A stretch of DNA of 64,000 bases from Trichoplax adhaerens (GCF_000150275.1 NW_002060948.1:5830411-5894410), one strand, 5' to 3'. Shown: positions 46,576 to 61,161, counted from the first letter of the stretch. Notes: a model not told the origin generated them from the letters alone. Numbers and translations are program-made.

Positions 46576-47679
46576 TTAGCATTTATCAGATTCCTTACTG
46601 GATGGTCGATATTTTCGCAGCTTCTCCTCCAATCTATATTAATATAATTAAGTGCAGATATACTAGTTGAGAAGGTGTACAGTAGTTTGCGCCCTTGGAT
46701 AAATATCTCGCTACCAGGATTATGAATAATAGCTTATCGAAACATAGTATTAAGGTATTGTAAATTAAAATATTTCCTTTCTAACCTATTAATCCTATTT
46801 TCCATTGACTGTATTTTCTTTCTGCACTTATCGTAATTATCATAATAGCTTAGGATTTGACTATTTAATGCACTTTCCAAGCGATGAATTCGTTCCGCTT
46901 GAGCATATAAACTTTCGCTCATTACCATGACTCTCGATCTGGTAATTTCAACGTCTATCCTAATATTCATTACATAGCAAAATGAGTACATGTTAACATT
47001 TAGGTGTATTACTTTTTATATAGCTATAAATGGAGTTCATAGCAGTGTATTTATGTTTAATATAAATTTTAATTTTAATTGCTATCGATAGAATAAATAT
47101 ATATATAAACTATATGCACTAAATGATGGGAATTAATTTACTACTGTATATAGCAGTACGTTATAATGATCAATATAATTTTACGTACGCTAGGCGACGA
47201 TTATCCTCCATTCCATCTGAATCAGGCATCTGCAAACTAAGATAATATTTAATAAGTTCATTTTATAAGTATTGATATTAACAGGTATGGTCTCAGTCAT
47301 ATGCAGTCATAAATTACTTAAAAATAAAACGGCGGATACTTGTTTATTACTTTATAGCAATGAAACCTGAAACATCACGAAATCTTTTAAATAGAAAGGT
47401 AAAAATTACTATCACGATGCAATCAGTCAAAGAAAATTGAATACTGCACCGCAATATCCTGAAACTATGACACTTTAACTTATTTATGATATACTCTACT
47501 ATGGGTCCCGTATTACTAAATTAATTGTAATATGAAATATCGAGACAATACAAATTTGTCCAATCCATTATATAAATCTTATTTGCTCTCCTTAGTAAGT
47601 CCTCAAGTAATGGCAAGCGAGATATTACATTGCAAGTACAGATACTAACTTTCTCCTGTAATACTATTTCAGAAATCAT
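46576..47679 (-). CDS. Small (~100 aa) coiled-coil protein of unknown function; 4 coding exons
   Basis: Exons 47679-47650, 47229-47189, 46959-46786, 46633-46576 have canonical, phase-consistent junctions. Product: MISEIVLQEKMPDSDGMEDNRRLAIDVEITRSRVMVMSESLYAQAERIHRLESALNSQILSYYDNYDKCRKKIQSMENRINRLEEKLRKYRPSSKESDKC*. Heptad pattern in the C-terminal half. A possible 5'UTR exon ends at a GTAAG donor near 50116. Confidence 0.6.
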
Positions 47680-50600
47680 AACGAATTAGAATATGACTTT
47701 AATGATGCTATAGAATCTGAAAGAAGTATGCACGATTAGTAATGGGAATCGTATAAGCAATAGTTAATAGAATTGATGCGGTAATCTGGCAACTCCGAGG
47801 GACAAGTAGATTGATTGAAACTATAGTAAATCATGGCTTTTTCACTTGGTAAGCCTGTAATATATGACGACAGATATTATGACGGTGGTCAAATCCCTAA
47901 AGTGATAAGCCTACAACTTCCGCTATCAAGTAGAAACCTTCATAGTTACAATAAGTATTGCTAAGTGATAAAACAACAGGTCCACTGTCCTCGCATTTAT
48001 CCATCATAACGTATAAATTATTCTTAAAGTTGACAAGGCTTACGACTAACATATTACAATTAATTGGCAAATGAAAGCAATGTACTTGTAATTAACCTTT
48101 AACGCCAAGATCTTTAAATTAATCAATATAATATTATTAGATTACTCTAGGAATACTACACTCGTGTAGCGATGAATTCACATTAATCATTGAAACAGGT
48201 ACTTTTCAAAAGTTAGCTTGCCCAATTAACGTCATGCCTTAGGAAATACTTTACGCTAATTCAATAAAAAATACTTGCTAGAGCTCCAATTTCACAAACT
48301 CTAATTTATCTATGGCAATTAATGATTATTCTGAAAAGCCTCAAACTTTAAAATGACTGCACGATGGTAAGTAAAGTACATACAACTAATGTAGTTGGCT
48401 TGAAAAGATACAGAAGTACACAAGTAAAATATTTGGTCACCAACCTGAAAACCTCAAAATCACTCGGCAACAAATAGCATCGAAGATAGTTCTACATAAT
48501 GATGAAATACTTGATATTATTTATTACCATAATAAATGCCAATACTTGTCCCACTCCTAAGTAGCCATTTGTAGAAATGTTTACGTTCGAAACAAAAAGA
48601 GGACAATAACCTGAACTACCCTTTCACAATTAATCCTTAAGATCCAAAAGATTGTTTTAACCCATGATGGTTAAAAGTAAAATTACGAAATAGCTCACAG
48701 CTAGGCGAAAAAGAGACAAAGAACAGTCTAGCAATTGTTCAAAAGTATCAAATAGAAGGGTTAAAGCGGATCCACTGATGCGGTAAAATCAACATTGATT
48801 AAGCATGAATTTTCCCGACGAACATAACTTAAAGTAAAATCTATTCATTAGACTATTCAAGTTGAAAACAGATCATTAGCTAATCGATTACCGATACATT
48901 CATTTGGATCGTATTGAGTGTCTCAACCTATAATAACTAGCTATCCAAGATAATAAAAACGGATAGCCATGTATAATTGCTAATAGGGATGAATTTTACA
49001 TTTAGGATAAATTAGTTCTATTCGAGTAACAATAAAAAATGAGACTTTCTATAATGATCTAGAATATCACGAGGCAATTCCTTTATGGATTCTGTTTATT
49101 ATGTTCACGAGAATGACAATTAATATTGTATTAAAATAGACGATGTATTGCGGGAAAAACATATAATTCAATGGCAATAGAATTAACTGAAATCTAAAGT
49201 TTATCGCATGATACGCGTAGTTTGCACTTCTGACTGTTAAAGAATATTGTATTCCTAAAAGCTATGGTACTATAACAGAGAATAAAACACTTATTAATGT
49301 CATCCCTTAGTGTAACATTGATTTTTCTCCACTTTTAAGCTGAACTATTTCATTAGCGATCTAAATACTAATTTTTTTAACTTACTAATGGTTGCTATGA
49401 ATGATTGGTTTTATCACATATCCGAATCTATCCTGTAGGAGGTACAAGGTGAATAAATTATTTTCACTCCTAGTGACCCCTGTTATTACTGATCTTTAAT
49501 CTAAAATAGGAATTAGGTCTAGCAAATTAAATTAAATCTACACACGCACAATATTTGGTTACATGTATAATTGAAGATTTTGTCACATTTTTATGCGTCA
49601 TTTGTATTTGTTACGACTATGTTACTAATAAATTTTGCAATAAAACGGTCTTATTTTTGACCATGTTACAAATATAGCGAGCACCAGTCTCAGTTAAAAT
49701 TATTCCCCTCGAAGGTATCATATCATACAAAACACAACTTCATTCTTATTAAACCGTACAATTGAGGATAGTATCTATCCAATTATATCCGTATTGTGAA
49801 GAAGCAGTTAATTTCTTGAATGTTTTAAAATTTCTTGCTAAGGTTACTGCTTTTAATTTTTTGGAATTAATTTTGTATTCCTACGAAGCAGAATATTTCA
49901 TTCTGCTTCATTATTAATACATACTCAACATCATCGAGGAAATATCAATTTATCGTTTATGGTGTATACCAAATATTATTACGAATATATCAAACAGGAA
50001 TACTAAACCATGTTGAACGTAGAAAACTAAGGTAATAAAGCAAAAAAACTTGAATCTATCGCGAAATTGATACATTAAGACCTTAAATGACTGCCAATGT
50101 ACAGTAAATTCTTACCTAATCGATTGTATTAATACCAACAGTGCAATTAAAAGCCGTCAAGCAACTGATGTAAAAATGGATACACTGAAAAAGAAATGGA
50201 TTCATCATCAACCATAACACAAGAGAATAAACAGCCACAGTAAACGATCGCATCAACAACGGTGACTCTGATAATAGCCGTTATAATTTACTTTACCTTA
50301 ATCAAGTGATAGCTGTATAATCAATTAATTATAATTATAATTTTCAGCAGTAGTAGTAACGTTTTACGTGAGATCAAGATGGTAAGATCACTTTCTCCTT
50401 TTAACCTTCTCTAGCTAGCAAAAGTTGACATATGAAGAATAGATTCACGCATAGCGTACTCCTAACTAACCTTATAAGGGTGGACTAATTAACAATTAAT
50501 GGTATGGACAGAGTCAAATTAATAAAGAAAAAAAATAGAAATTGCATTAAAATGGACACAAAAGATTTTAAATTAAATAGACTTTGATGTAGAGCAAAAT

Positions 50601-51199
50601 ATGGGTTACCTAGTATACTTTGAAAGAAAACAATTTATTCAATTCTTGATGGCGCAAAGTTTACGTTACAACACCTTGAAAAGAAAAGAAAATATTCTGA
50701 TGAAACAACCAATCATCATTATCCAAGATCATAAAGGAAAATAACGGAAGTTCATGTCATTTTTGTGTCAGAAAATACTGGGAAACAAACTCAAACTGAA
50801 TAGTCTATCAATCATAAAATAGGCCCTGCTATCACTTCGTGAAAGAAATTGGAAGTAACCTGGCTGTTAACGTAACCATGTTTCTATTAAAATTCGACAC
50901 GATAGAATCAATAAAAATACCAATACTTAAGACTGGAGATTGAATGAAATTGAGAACAAAGGGTAATAAATTAATGCTCTGATGTATTTAGTAAGTAATT
51001 CAATAATGGGAACTTTAATAAATTATTTTGTATTTTCTCTAAAGTGATGCTGTAATAATGCAGCATTCATGTTGCAGTGCCAGATTTTTTGACGGCATAC
51101 CCATATTTGAAAGATCAATCGATACATTCATTAATAAAGCAATACATTAGAATCCATATCAGAATCTATTTTAATTCAGCATGTCCTCCAGAAAGTATG

Positions 51200-51730
51200 A
51201 TGTAATAATGGAGTAGTTGTTCATATATTACAGAATCAAGTCGATCAGATATTATATTTGTTAGATTAATTAAGTTATATATGAACGTCAGGTCTGGCTT
51301 CATGCTACATTTTTTAAATGATTACTAACCTAATAGTGCAGTCCTTTCTTTAATTATAGGGCTAGTACAAATTGCCCTTTCTCTCGAAATTATGATGGAA
51401 TAATACAGCAGTCATTCATATATTGTAGAATCAGGCCAATCAGATATTATATTGGTTAGATTAGTTGAATTATATCTGAGCACCAGGTCTAGCTTTGAAT
51501 CTATGGTTTTTAAATGATTGGTAACCAAATAATGCAGCCTTTATGTGATAGCGCTAGTAAAATTACCCTTTTCTCTGAGATTATGATGTGGTAGTGCAGT
51601 AGGTATGTATTTGTTATAGAATCAAGTCAATCAGATTTTATATTTGTTAGATTATTTAAATTATATCTGAGCATCAGGTCTGGCTGTAATACTGCACTGT
51701 TTGAATGATTGGTAACCTTATAATGCAGCT
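51200..51730. repeat. Tandem triplication, ~195 bp unit
   Basis: AGAATCA(A/G)G(T/C)C(G/A)ATCAGAT(A/T)TTATATT(T/G)GTTAGATTA at ~51232, ~51427, ~51618; CAGGTCT(G/A)GCT and AATGATT..TAACC in each copy. Confidence 0.85.
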
Positions 51731-52340
51731 CTTCCATTAATGTACTAGTTGAATTAGCTGTGATATTTGATGGACAGATTAGGATCGATTGAAAGAGAAA
51801 TATCAATATTAATAAACTTGACTAGCTTGAACCTCAATTCAGCAATTTCTAGATGATTTGTTGTCTAATAATACGATCATTCTTAGTATGGCACTAGATC
51901 GATTAGATCCTACATTTCATATTGATGAGTTGAAAACCGAAAGTACATACCGTACTAGATCCTATAATGCAGATATTGTAATATAGCATTGGTCTGATAG
52001 ACCAGCATACCAGAAATCTATGCGATGTCCGCTCCGTCTCCTACATATTGAAGGATAGAACTCGTTTACAAGATAATTCAATCTTGTTCATATCGAATGT
52101 CGTATGTCAGGATAGGGAAAGAAAACTCTATTAGATCAATCCTGTTGTTCTTAACTGAAAAAAAAGAAATATTTAGTCATTTTTTTAATATTTCGAAGTT
52201 GTTGATCATGAAATATAGCTACAAGTTATCGGTAAATTCGATCCATAGAATTTACTACTGAAATAGGACAACTTTGCACACATTCAGTACAGAATACTGA
52301 TTAGATTAAATATTATGTAGTATAGGAATAATTGACAGTG

Positions 52341-52558
52341 NNNNNNNNNNNNNNNNNNNNNNNNNNNNNNNNNNNNNNNNNNNNNNNNNNNNNNNNNNNN
52401 NNNNNNNNNNNNNNNNNNNNNNNNNNNNNNNNNNNNNNNNNNNNNNNNNNNNNNNNNNNNNNNNNNNNNNNNNNNNNNNNNNNNNNNNNNNNNNNNNNNN
52501 NNNNNNNNNNNNNNNNNNNNNNNNNNNNNNNNNNNNNNNNNNNNNNNNNNNNNNNNNN
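52341..52558. other. Assembly gap
   Basis: Run of N. Confidence 1.
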
Positions 52559-54925
52559 CTAGGTAATGTGGAGAATCTTCAGGAACTGTTTTCTATTAAG
52601 ATTCATGAAGTGTCCATGCCTGTATAAAAATAGGAGAATAGAAAGTATATTTTCGTCCTTGTCAGAGAAGATATTAAAATGCGATTCTACGCAAACTAGA
52701 TCAATCAATAATTATCATTATCGTGTTCCACATGCCGGGAAATTGATCAAGATTAAATCATACGAGTAATTACAGGAAATTAAAGGAAAATTGATGGGTA
52801 TTTTTTGAATATTTTAAAGTTATCGACGAAATTATTTTGCCAAAAAATTATCCGCCAATTTGAGAGTTTACTAATTAAACTACGTTTAAGAGATACCGAT
52901 ATAGTTTTAATGAATCTTTGCAAAAATTCAATAATTTTGAAATTTAAAGAAATGCAACATTTAACTTTAAGTAACACTGAATATAATAGTGATAGCCAAA
53001 TGTTTATCATCGAAGATTTTCAATAAATTATCCGAAATATGAAAATGCTATCAACGGCTAATCTTGATCAAGTTTCATAGTGCTTCAGTGTTATAGAGAA
53101 ATGTATTGTATTTCCGCTAGGAAAGTATTGTCTGACAACTTTCAAAGCTCTGCTGTTTTAGAAATAGTAAAGAAAATCATGATATAAAAGTTCTTTAGAT
53201 TTGCTAAGAAAGATTGCAAGCGGAATTGTCTATTGATATTATCCTAAACGTATCTTCTCACGATTAAATTCAGGTGATTTATAATCAGTAAGGCTGAATA
53301 GTTTTTGCTATTTCGAAAGGGGTAAAAATGCTAACGGCTAGGATGAACGATTATGCTTATCGTGATCTATTTGGACATGGTATCAATATTCCATAGACAT
53401 TCAAATCTACAAGCCGTTCGGTATATAAACCGCTCATTATTATAGAATAATAATAATTTCCAGACAATGAAAATCTTGAAGACATTGGACGACCATAGAA
53501 AGTAATTCCTTCACTTAAATTGCTCTGGTATATCCAACGGTAAGGTAATAAAGTGAAGCAAAACGAATGCTCATCAACGAGATAAAACAAAAATATCCAA
53601 GGAAATGGTAAGAATTCTAGTAGAGTAAAGTTGCATTGCTAAAGATTGAACTATTTATGTTGCTGCTATAAAAGAGTACTATGCTAGCCAATGGTTCTTA
53701 AGGGGTTGATGATACAAAAATTAATTTGATTCAAGTTCTAATCTTCTAAAATCTGAAGTATAAACTTTACCGATGTTATTGTATCAGCTATAGCAGAGAT
53801 GCACCTTCAGTTCTGTTCATAGGACATTGATCATGAGTAACAAACAGGAATACAGCTAATAGTATGCAATAGAATTGTTAAAGCATTCAGCCTAAAGACA
53901 TAATAATCGGCTAATTAAAATTATGAAGATATTGAAAAGGTTTATCAGAAATGAAATCCCTGTCTACGCTGATGGCACTTTGAAATCTCGTACTGTATAA
54001 ATGGAGATATTTTGGGAGTGATGCCTTATAAAATCGACAATTCTTATAATAGAATGCTAATTGCAGTTATTCGCACCCGGAGGGCATTCAATGTTGAATC
54101 GGTTAGACGTTCACTGCTTTAAAACTGGTTTCGAAAGTATATTATTTTGACTATATTTTGAATCATTACTTTTGATCACAGTATTTGAATTATAATTATC
54201 TGCGTTCTACCAGTAGCCGGTATTGAATCGATAGGAAACTTATTGCATTAGAGATTCTTGGAAATACTATCATATTTCGACTTGCACAATTAACCACATT
54301 GTAGCATTTGATATGGGTCATCAAATTTATTTACGGTATTATTTTGATAAGGGTTATTACATTTACTTTAGATTCTATTGTAATCCTAAATGTAGGCATT
54401 ACAGATATCATTCATAATGTTGATATACGCAATACTTAAGACATTGATGATAATATATTATCCTGACTCAAGTCTATTTATCGTCTTGTAAAACATTAAT
54501 ACATAGACAGAATAGTTTTCGGTAATCGCTTAGTAAAATATCTAGCAATCATCGATACTTTTGTTTCTTCTAAATTGTAATAATGTTGTCCAATATACGC
54601 GTCGATTTCGTCGAAAATACTCATCTATTGCAAATAGATTCACTTCTTTTGCTACAATACAACCTGGTGGAGTTTGGTTATCCATCATTCGTAATTTCGA
54701 CCCATCTCATAGCGAAATGCTAAACGATTATCCGGATGCATTTTTACGAAGATATTTTAACAATAATTTTAAAATGAAGTATAAGTTCACCCTTTGCATA
54801 CAATATGCAGAATATTGAATTTTATTTTATACTGCTGTAGGTACGAAGCCAATGTAATAGAGGTAATTTTTATGCTGCACATTAATAGCATATGCAGTAC
54901 TCGAATAAAAATGCCAATCATTGAC

Positions 54926-57838
54926 TTAAACTTTGACATCGTCAACATCTGGATGATAAAAATTATATTCTTGATCAGTTCCAAAGATCACTCCTTCCTG
55001 CGTGAGCTGCACCTATGTAAGCAAACAAGCTCAATCAATAAAGAAAATGATTCTAGAAGTGAAAGCAAATCATATTAAAAAACTATCATGAATAGCTTTT
55101 CTAGCTCTGCGCAACCTGATAACTAGTAATTCTGCTGTTATAAAATTCTTACTTACTGGTAGGGAAGTGTTATCACGTCCTATTAATGTATTTGGAATAC
55201 GACAGTATACCACTATACAATGGATAAAAACGCAGAAGAAGAACACATAGAATATTGCTACCACTGCATTAATTGCAACGCTGCTGGTTGATGGAGGTTG
55301 ATTGTTGTCATATTGATTAGAAGGATGGGATGAAGGTAAGCCAAGATTCACAAAATTGATGGCCAAGATAACAAATCCTCCAATTAATGTAATTAAGCTG
55401 ATAATAGTAAACGTTACATGTGCCTTAGCCTAGTAGTAAAAGTGTACATAAACGCAATCAGTTAGATCAGGAAAAAGGCATTGAAGGAAAATTTACGTTC
55501 AATTTATGCAACATATGTTGATAGTGTATATGTTATGCATACCACACATGGCTCATAACAATCCTTGGAATAGGTGGCTATCCCTAAGGATGCAGCAACA
55601 ATCGCCTAGATTAGATCAACATTACGAGATACGTTAGGATAGTTGTGATAAATATTGAGAGAATATCAACTGAAAAAATGTATTTTACTAGAGTAATTTA
55701 TTGGTAAAATTATTTTTATTATAAATGAGATACATCAGGATAATCGCGATAAATATTAAGAAAATGTTAACCACAATATCGTATTTTAATAGAAAATTTT
55801 ATAAAGTAATTTATTAGCAACATCATTTTTATTGTAACTTAGATACTGTTGGAGCGACAAATTTATAGAATTGCGCTTGTAGTTGTGGACGCAGTTGCTC
55901 ATAGTCTTAGTAACTATCGCTATGTACCCAACCACCAAGTCGCTTTTATTTATAATCGGTAAACATTGGTAAATCGTATTAGCGTAGCATGATAAATTGT
56001 CATCGTCGATAACAAATGCAGAATATACCCTAATGCTCATTGCAAATTGGATAATAAAAAGGGATTTTAAATAGCACGTTTAATTAAATATACAGGAATT
56101 CTACATCCTCTTGAACGAATCTTGTCTGGAAATAGTGTAGACTATAGCAAAAAAAATTATATAAATACGGTAAACACAGCAGGTAAGGATATAATAGTTT
56201 ATATAAATTCAGAAAAAGAGAAGTTTGTATTTAACATTCTCTCAATACACTTGTAACTGTATATCGAATTTATTTATTCTTCAAAACTTATAAGTGTGAC
56301 AACTGCAAAATATAGAACTGCTGCAGTATAACAATATACCAGGATTAGCGCAGCAATTTTCCAAGTTATCAGCATAGGCTGTTTCAATGGCTACACTAAA
56401 TACACGATGGTTAGTATCGTTATTGATACAAGAACTAGAAAAAATGGAAACCTTCAGAAGTTGCTGTCATTGGCTTTCTCGAAAACATGATGAATATCAA
56501 CGATTTCATTTTTACAATATCCTTTTATTAAATTCAACAATTTTTCAAGTACGTTGCTTGCGCGTATACGAGTATATGAAAAATGATGCCTTTTTTGACT
56601 TTTTTATTACGGCTGCCAATGCTATGGCCACGTACAAAATGTGGAGAATAATTTTATGAATTCATTTGTAGCTAAATGTCAGCGCTACGCTTACGTAATA
56701 ATACAAGGCTGCAAGTATTTTATTTCTTCGATTAATCCCTGCGGGATGCAGTCGTAAATAGACGAGCCTAGCATTCTGTAAATAAGTCCGTTATATCATT
56801 TATACCATTTTCTGAGATTGAATAGCAGTAAAAATTTACTGCCAGGCATCTTTTTTTGTTGGCACAGCATTATCTATTGATTCTTAGAATCAATAGAATT
56901 TTCAAGGTATGCTTTCATTGCGAAGAGATACCTCTAATTGTATCTGGTATGCAATTTATTCAATTATCAAGTGGATTTCTAATTGATTTCAAATAGCAGA
57001 GATAGAATGATGGCATTCCACTTGGTTCTAGTGGTGCCATCATTCCTATAAAAGGGTTTAAAGTCCAATCTATATTGTAACGAATAGCTTTGTCGAATAA
57101 AACTTTCTATTCTGTTGTAAGGATAACTGCGTCATTAAAACAACTATTTTGTATATTAATGACAGCATTTTCAATAGAATATTGGGTAAAATAACACAAA
57201 TTTTTAATCCTCTTTTACAATGAAACTATTCATGACACCTTTAGATTCATTCTATAGTATAGTAGATTTGGTATGTCAATTTTCAACCAATTTAAGCAAA
57301 ATAAAAATAGAGAACATTTCCTATGAACTTTCAATAGAATATTAGGTAAAATAACACAAATTTTTAATCCTCTTTTACAATGAAACCATTTATGACCCTT
57401 TTAAATTCATTCTATAGTATAGTAGATTTGGTATGTCAATTTTTAACCAATTTAATCAAAATAGAAATAGAGAATATTTTCTATGAACTTGAGATGGCAA
57501 GTTTCATGGTAATCGGTAGGGATAGAAGTTATATTATGCACTCTAAACATATGACCATAATAATGATATCAATTGGTTATAATTTGAAGAGAAAATATAG
57601 ATAAGTACATAAAACTTACCGGTATTCCGATCCAGAAGCAATGGCCAGCAAATATGATTCCATTTGTATGTAAAGCTACCATCGGTATAAACAAAGCTAA
57701 GAGGCCACAAAGCACTACATTGATCGCCAAAGCAATAACTAAAGCACACTCATATACAATGCGCTTTGTTGAAGTATGGCCAGGTGTACGGCTAGAAGTT
57801 TGAGATTCGGAACCATTGGAAGTAGAAGTTAACTCCAT
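54926..57838 (-). CDS. MS4A/CD20-like four-transmembrane protein, about 213 aa; 4 coding exons
   Basis: Exons 57838-57620, 55605-55543, 55429-55157, 55012-54926, all phase 0. Four hydrophobic segments. GHCFWIGIP at TM2, followed by an intron, resembles the MS4A GYPFWGG motif. C-terminus ...YHPDVDDVKV*. Confidence 0.75.
57171..57490. repeat. Recent near-perfect 160 bp tandem duplication in intron 1 of the MS4A-like gene
   Basis: TCAATAGAATATT...CTATGAACTT at 57171-57330 and 57331-57490, colinear with scattered substitutions only. Confidence 0.95.
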
Positions 57839-59234
57839 ATTAGCAGTATAAATGCGATTTGGAACAAGTTGATGGAAAGGTCGTTGGAATAACTTTACCA
57901 ACCAAGTTTGATGAAATGGATCAATGTTTGGTCAAAATTTTTTGAACTAAGAGCGAGAAATACGTAATAAATTAGCACCATTGAAGATAATTTGATTGGT
58001 AGTGGATTTAAAACTGGAATATCATAGTTTAGGTGATATAAAATATAGTAGATTAAGATAGGGGATTACATTCCATTTGATTTCATGTTTCGTTATAAAA
58101 ACGAGCTTCATAAGGTACTACCGGAATTGGATTCAATTCAATATTAGAAGATAATTGGAAGTGAAGTATGCTTGAAGGCCTTCCTCATACTTGTACATGA
58201 AATAAATTAAAAAGGGAATGGAATAAATGTCTTGGGAGGTAAATAAGGCAGAACACATGTACAGTATACTGATCATCATGACGATATGTTCCTATCAAAA
58301 CAATCATTTCCGTTGCCGATGTATTTTGAAGACTTTGCCTACAAATATTGTAGCAATCATGGATAGGAATAAGCTTATAACACTTAGGCTATAAATCATG
58401 AATTATTAAATTTAAAAATTTCGGTCTATCGGTATTTACTAGCTATTAGTAAAGCAAAATTATAAAGTCAGATTTTACTATGATTTTGGCAATACATGAC
58501 ACATTCATGCCGTCTATGTTTTAGCCTACATCAACGGAGGAGTGCTTGATTGTATTCTATTGGTAGTCCTCTACAAGAAAGGCATGATCACTAGAACGAT
58601 TTAATTTCACATTGAATTTATTATCCGATAATGATCGAACTTTGAGCGATGTTTCAAAACGAGTAAAATGTATACTTTTGCTTCGATAGACTCTATCATT
58701 GGTAGGTATTGACCCAATCATATGATTTAAGCACGTTGGAAATTTAGCCAGTTAAAGCAACAAAGGTGAAACATGATATGTATATGCGGCAATTAAATTG
58801 ATCCATAGTATCATTAATCAACTTTACTAGAATGAAAAGTGCATGATATTGAATTTAGGGAAGGATTGTGTAAAGATACAGTACAATGATGACCAATAGA
58901 GAGTATAGAGTATCTTGTGTAGTCAAAAGATATTACTCCAAATGTCTATTTAATGCTGGATAATTTGGAATTTTCAATTTGAATGTTACCCTCTTTTATC
59001 TACATAATTAGTATCTTTTAACTTTTTCCCATTAAACATAATAGATCGTATGGTATGTTGTTTTCATTCAGGAATAAAGGCAAGAATCAACACGGAAATT
59101 GAAGTATACGCTATTTTGGAAATAGTGTGGTAGATCGAGATGCCAATCCTATAACTGGTCCCGCAGAGTAGAGTGTATTTGCCTTGATAATTTATATAAG
59201 TGAGGAGAATCATGATGATATTCAAGCACAATGC

Positions 59235-59409
59235 NNNNNNNNNNNNNNNNNNNNNNNNNNNNNNNNNNNNNNNNNNNNNNNNNNNNNNNNNNNNNNNNNN
59301 NNNNNNNNNNNNNNNNNNNNNNNNNNNNNNNNNNNNNNNNNNNNNNNNNNNNNNNNNNNNNNNNNNNNNNNNNNNNNNNNNNNNNNNNNNNNNNNNNNNN
59401 NNNNNNNNN
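59235..59409. other. Assembly gap
   Basis: Run of N. Confidence 1.
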
Positions 59410-60029
59410 TTTGATGAGAGCAATTTGGACTTGTCCCTTATTTTCGACCTCATTGACTGCATCGCTATCATAACACACCATCAATCCAAGTGGTCGACAA
59501 CGACCAACTCACTTGATTTCCTATCGTTCATTCATTTGAATAACTTACCTAGCAATCGATGAGAGAGCTACATCAATTCGTTTCTAGCTTGCCAACTTGA
59601 TTATCTTGTGGTATCTAATGTTGTTGTACGTCGATGATCAGCAATCGCATGAATTTTAATTTTCTCTTCATGTCATCGCTTTTATCAATGAAGTTGTGCT
59701 TCATTGTTTACATGGTTTGCTTTTATTATTAGAGTGCCAACACGACAGTCCAGTGTATGTACTGTAGGTTGCCTAGAAAAGACTGTAACAGTCAGAACTG
59801 GGCAGTACTCTACGTTAGTCCCCCAAACAATGCTGTTGAAGACTACATACAGTATGGAGAAGTGGTTCACCCCAACATGAGCTTGTCTTGTCGTCTCTCC
59901 CTCCCTTTCGAAATTTCAATATTGTCCTCATTTTTGCTTTGACAATCCACAATCATCATCTCTATCGATCATCATAGTACGTCTCCATCCATTTTGAGTA
60001 TCTTTCTACTGACTAGACTTAGGGACAAC

Positions 60030-60880
60030 GAAAGTGAAGACTCTGAGACTGTCGACACTAGTACGAAATGAGGAGTGCAGTGTCCGCCGGCCATTTTACA
60101 AATTTGCCCTTCAGTACTCATTATTACAAGGAGTCATTGTCCACTGATCGTACTAGTCCGATTAAGTCTGAGTAAAGACTCTTCGACTGTCCAATAGTGT
60201 CTATACTTGTACCAAAGGATGAGTGCATTTCCTCATAGTGTCCATGCTTTTACGCCATGATGAGTATAGTCCGCCGGCCATTTGACAAAATTTGCCCATC
60301 AGGACTCGGCAGTGCTCCATACAATCTTATTGTTGGTACTCAGTACAGAACTCTTTGTTTACTGACAGGACTAGTCTGACTACAGTACAATATACTGTAG
60401 CAGAGTCCGTGAATCCTCCACTTCTGTACCGTAGACTGGACACTCCGTTACACAGCGGGTCACCATGGCTAATGAAGTCAGTGCGGTTCATTAGTTCTAC
60501 AGTACTTATTGTCCTCTGATAGTACTGTACTGTAGTCTGGTTGACTCTGACTACAGTGTACAGTACGTACTGTACAGTATACCTTCTGGGCGACCGTAGC
60601 CAAGACTCTTCGACTGTCCGATCATGTTCATACTTTTACCAAATGATGACTGCAGTCCCTAAAAATGTCCATACTCGTACTTATAGGAGATGATGAGTGC
60701 CGCGGACCTTTTACCAAATGATGACTGCAGTCTCTCAAAGTGTCCATACTTGCACTTGTAGGAAATGATGAGTGCCGTCTGTCGGCCATGTTACAAAATT
60801 GACCCTTCAGTACTCATTGTCCACTGACAGTACTAGTCTGAATACAGTATACTGTACAGTATAGCAGTATCCGCGACTCT
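60030..60880 (-). pseudogene. Decayed repeat array, possibly ankyrin-repeat coding relic
   Basis: Repeated units (GACTCTTCGACTGTCC; GGCCAT.TTACAAA.TTG.CCCTTCAGTACTC) translate on - as NGRRTILIMA*KHGHYE, TALIISYKCKYGHFE and AALIISYKYEYGHF*, resembling ankyrin G-x-T-x-L-x-x-A-x-x-x-G-H-x-E. Stops and frameshifts are present. Confidence 0.35.
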
Positions 60881-61134
60881 CGCAGTGTTGAAGTTAGACT
60901 GTATGGCATGGACGAACGACGTGTACACTGCACGCTAGACCATGCGAGAATAGCAAAAGTTGTTTGAATCATTGCTTACCCCCTCTCAACGGAGATGTTC
61001 ACTATGATACACCGATACTATTTCAAAATTTGGTCAATTTACTTTTAGTACTCGCGCAAGACGAATGGACACAACGTCCAACAGATGTTCTAAATTCGGC
61101 CATTTCTTTTTAACGGACTGAAATATGCGCCACG

Positions 61135-61161
61135 TACAGTACAGTACAGTACAGTACAGTA
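61135..61161. repeat. TA(CAGTA)5 array, putative stacked Tc1/mariner excision footprints
   Basis: Perfect TACAGTACAGTACAGTACAGTACAGTA. The repeat is certain; the footprint origin is inference. Confidence 0.8.

Noticed and set aside
52332-59562. ORF-track entries containing long X runs
   Set aside because: Artefacts of translating the two N gaps.
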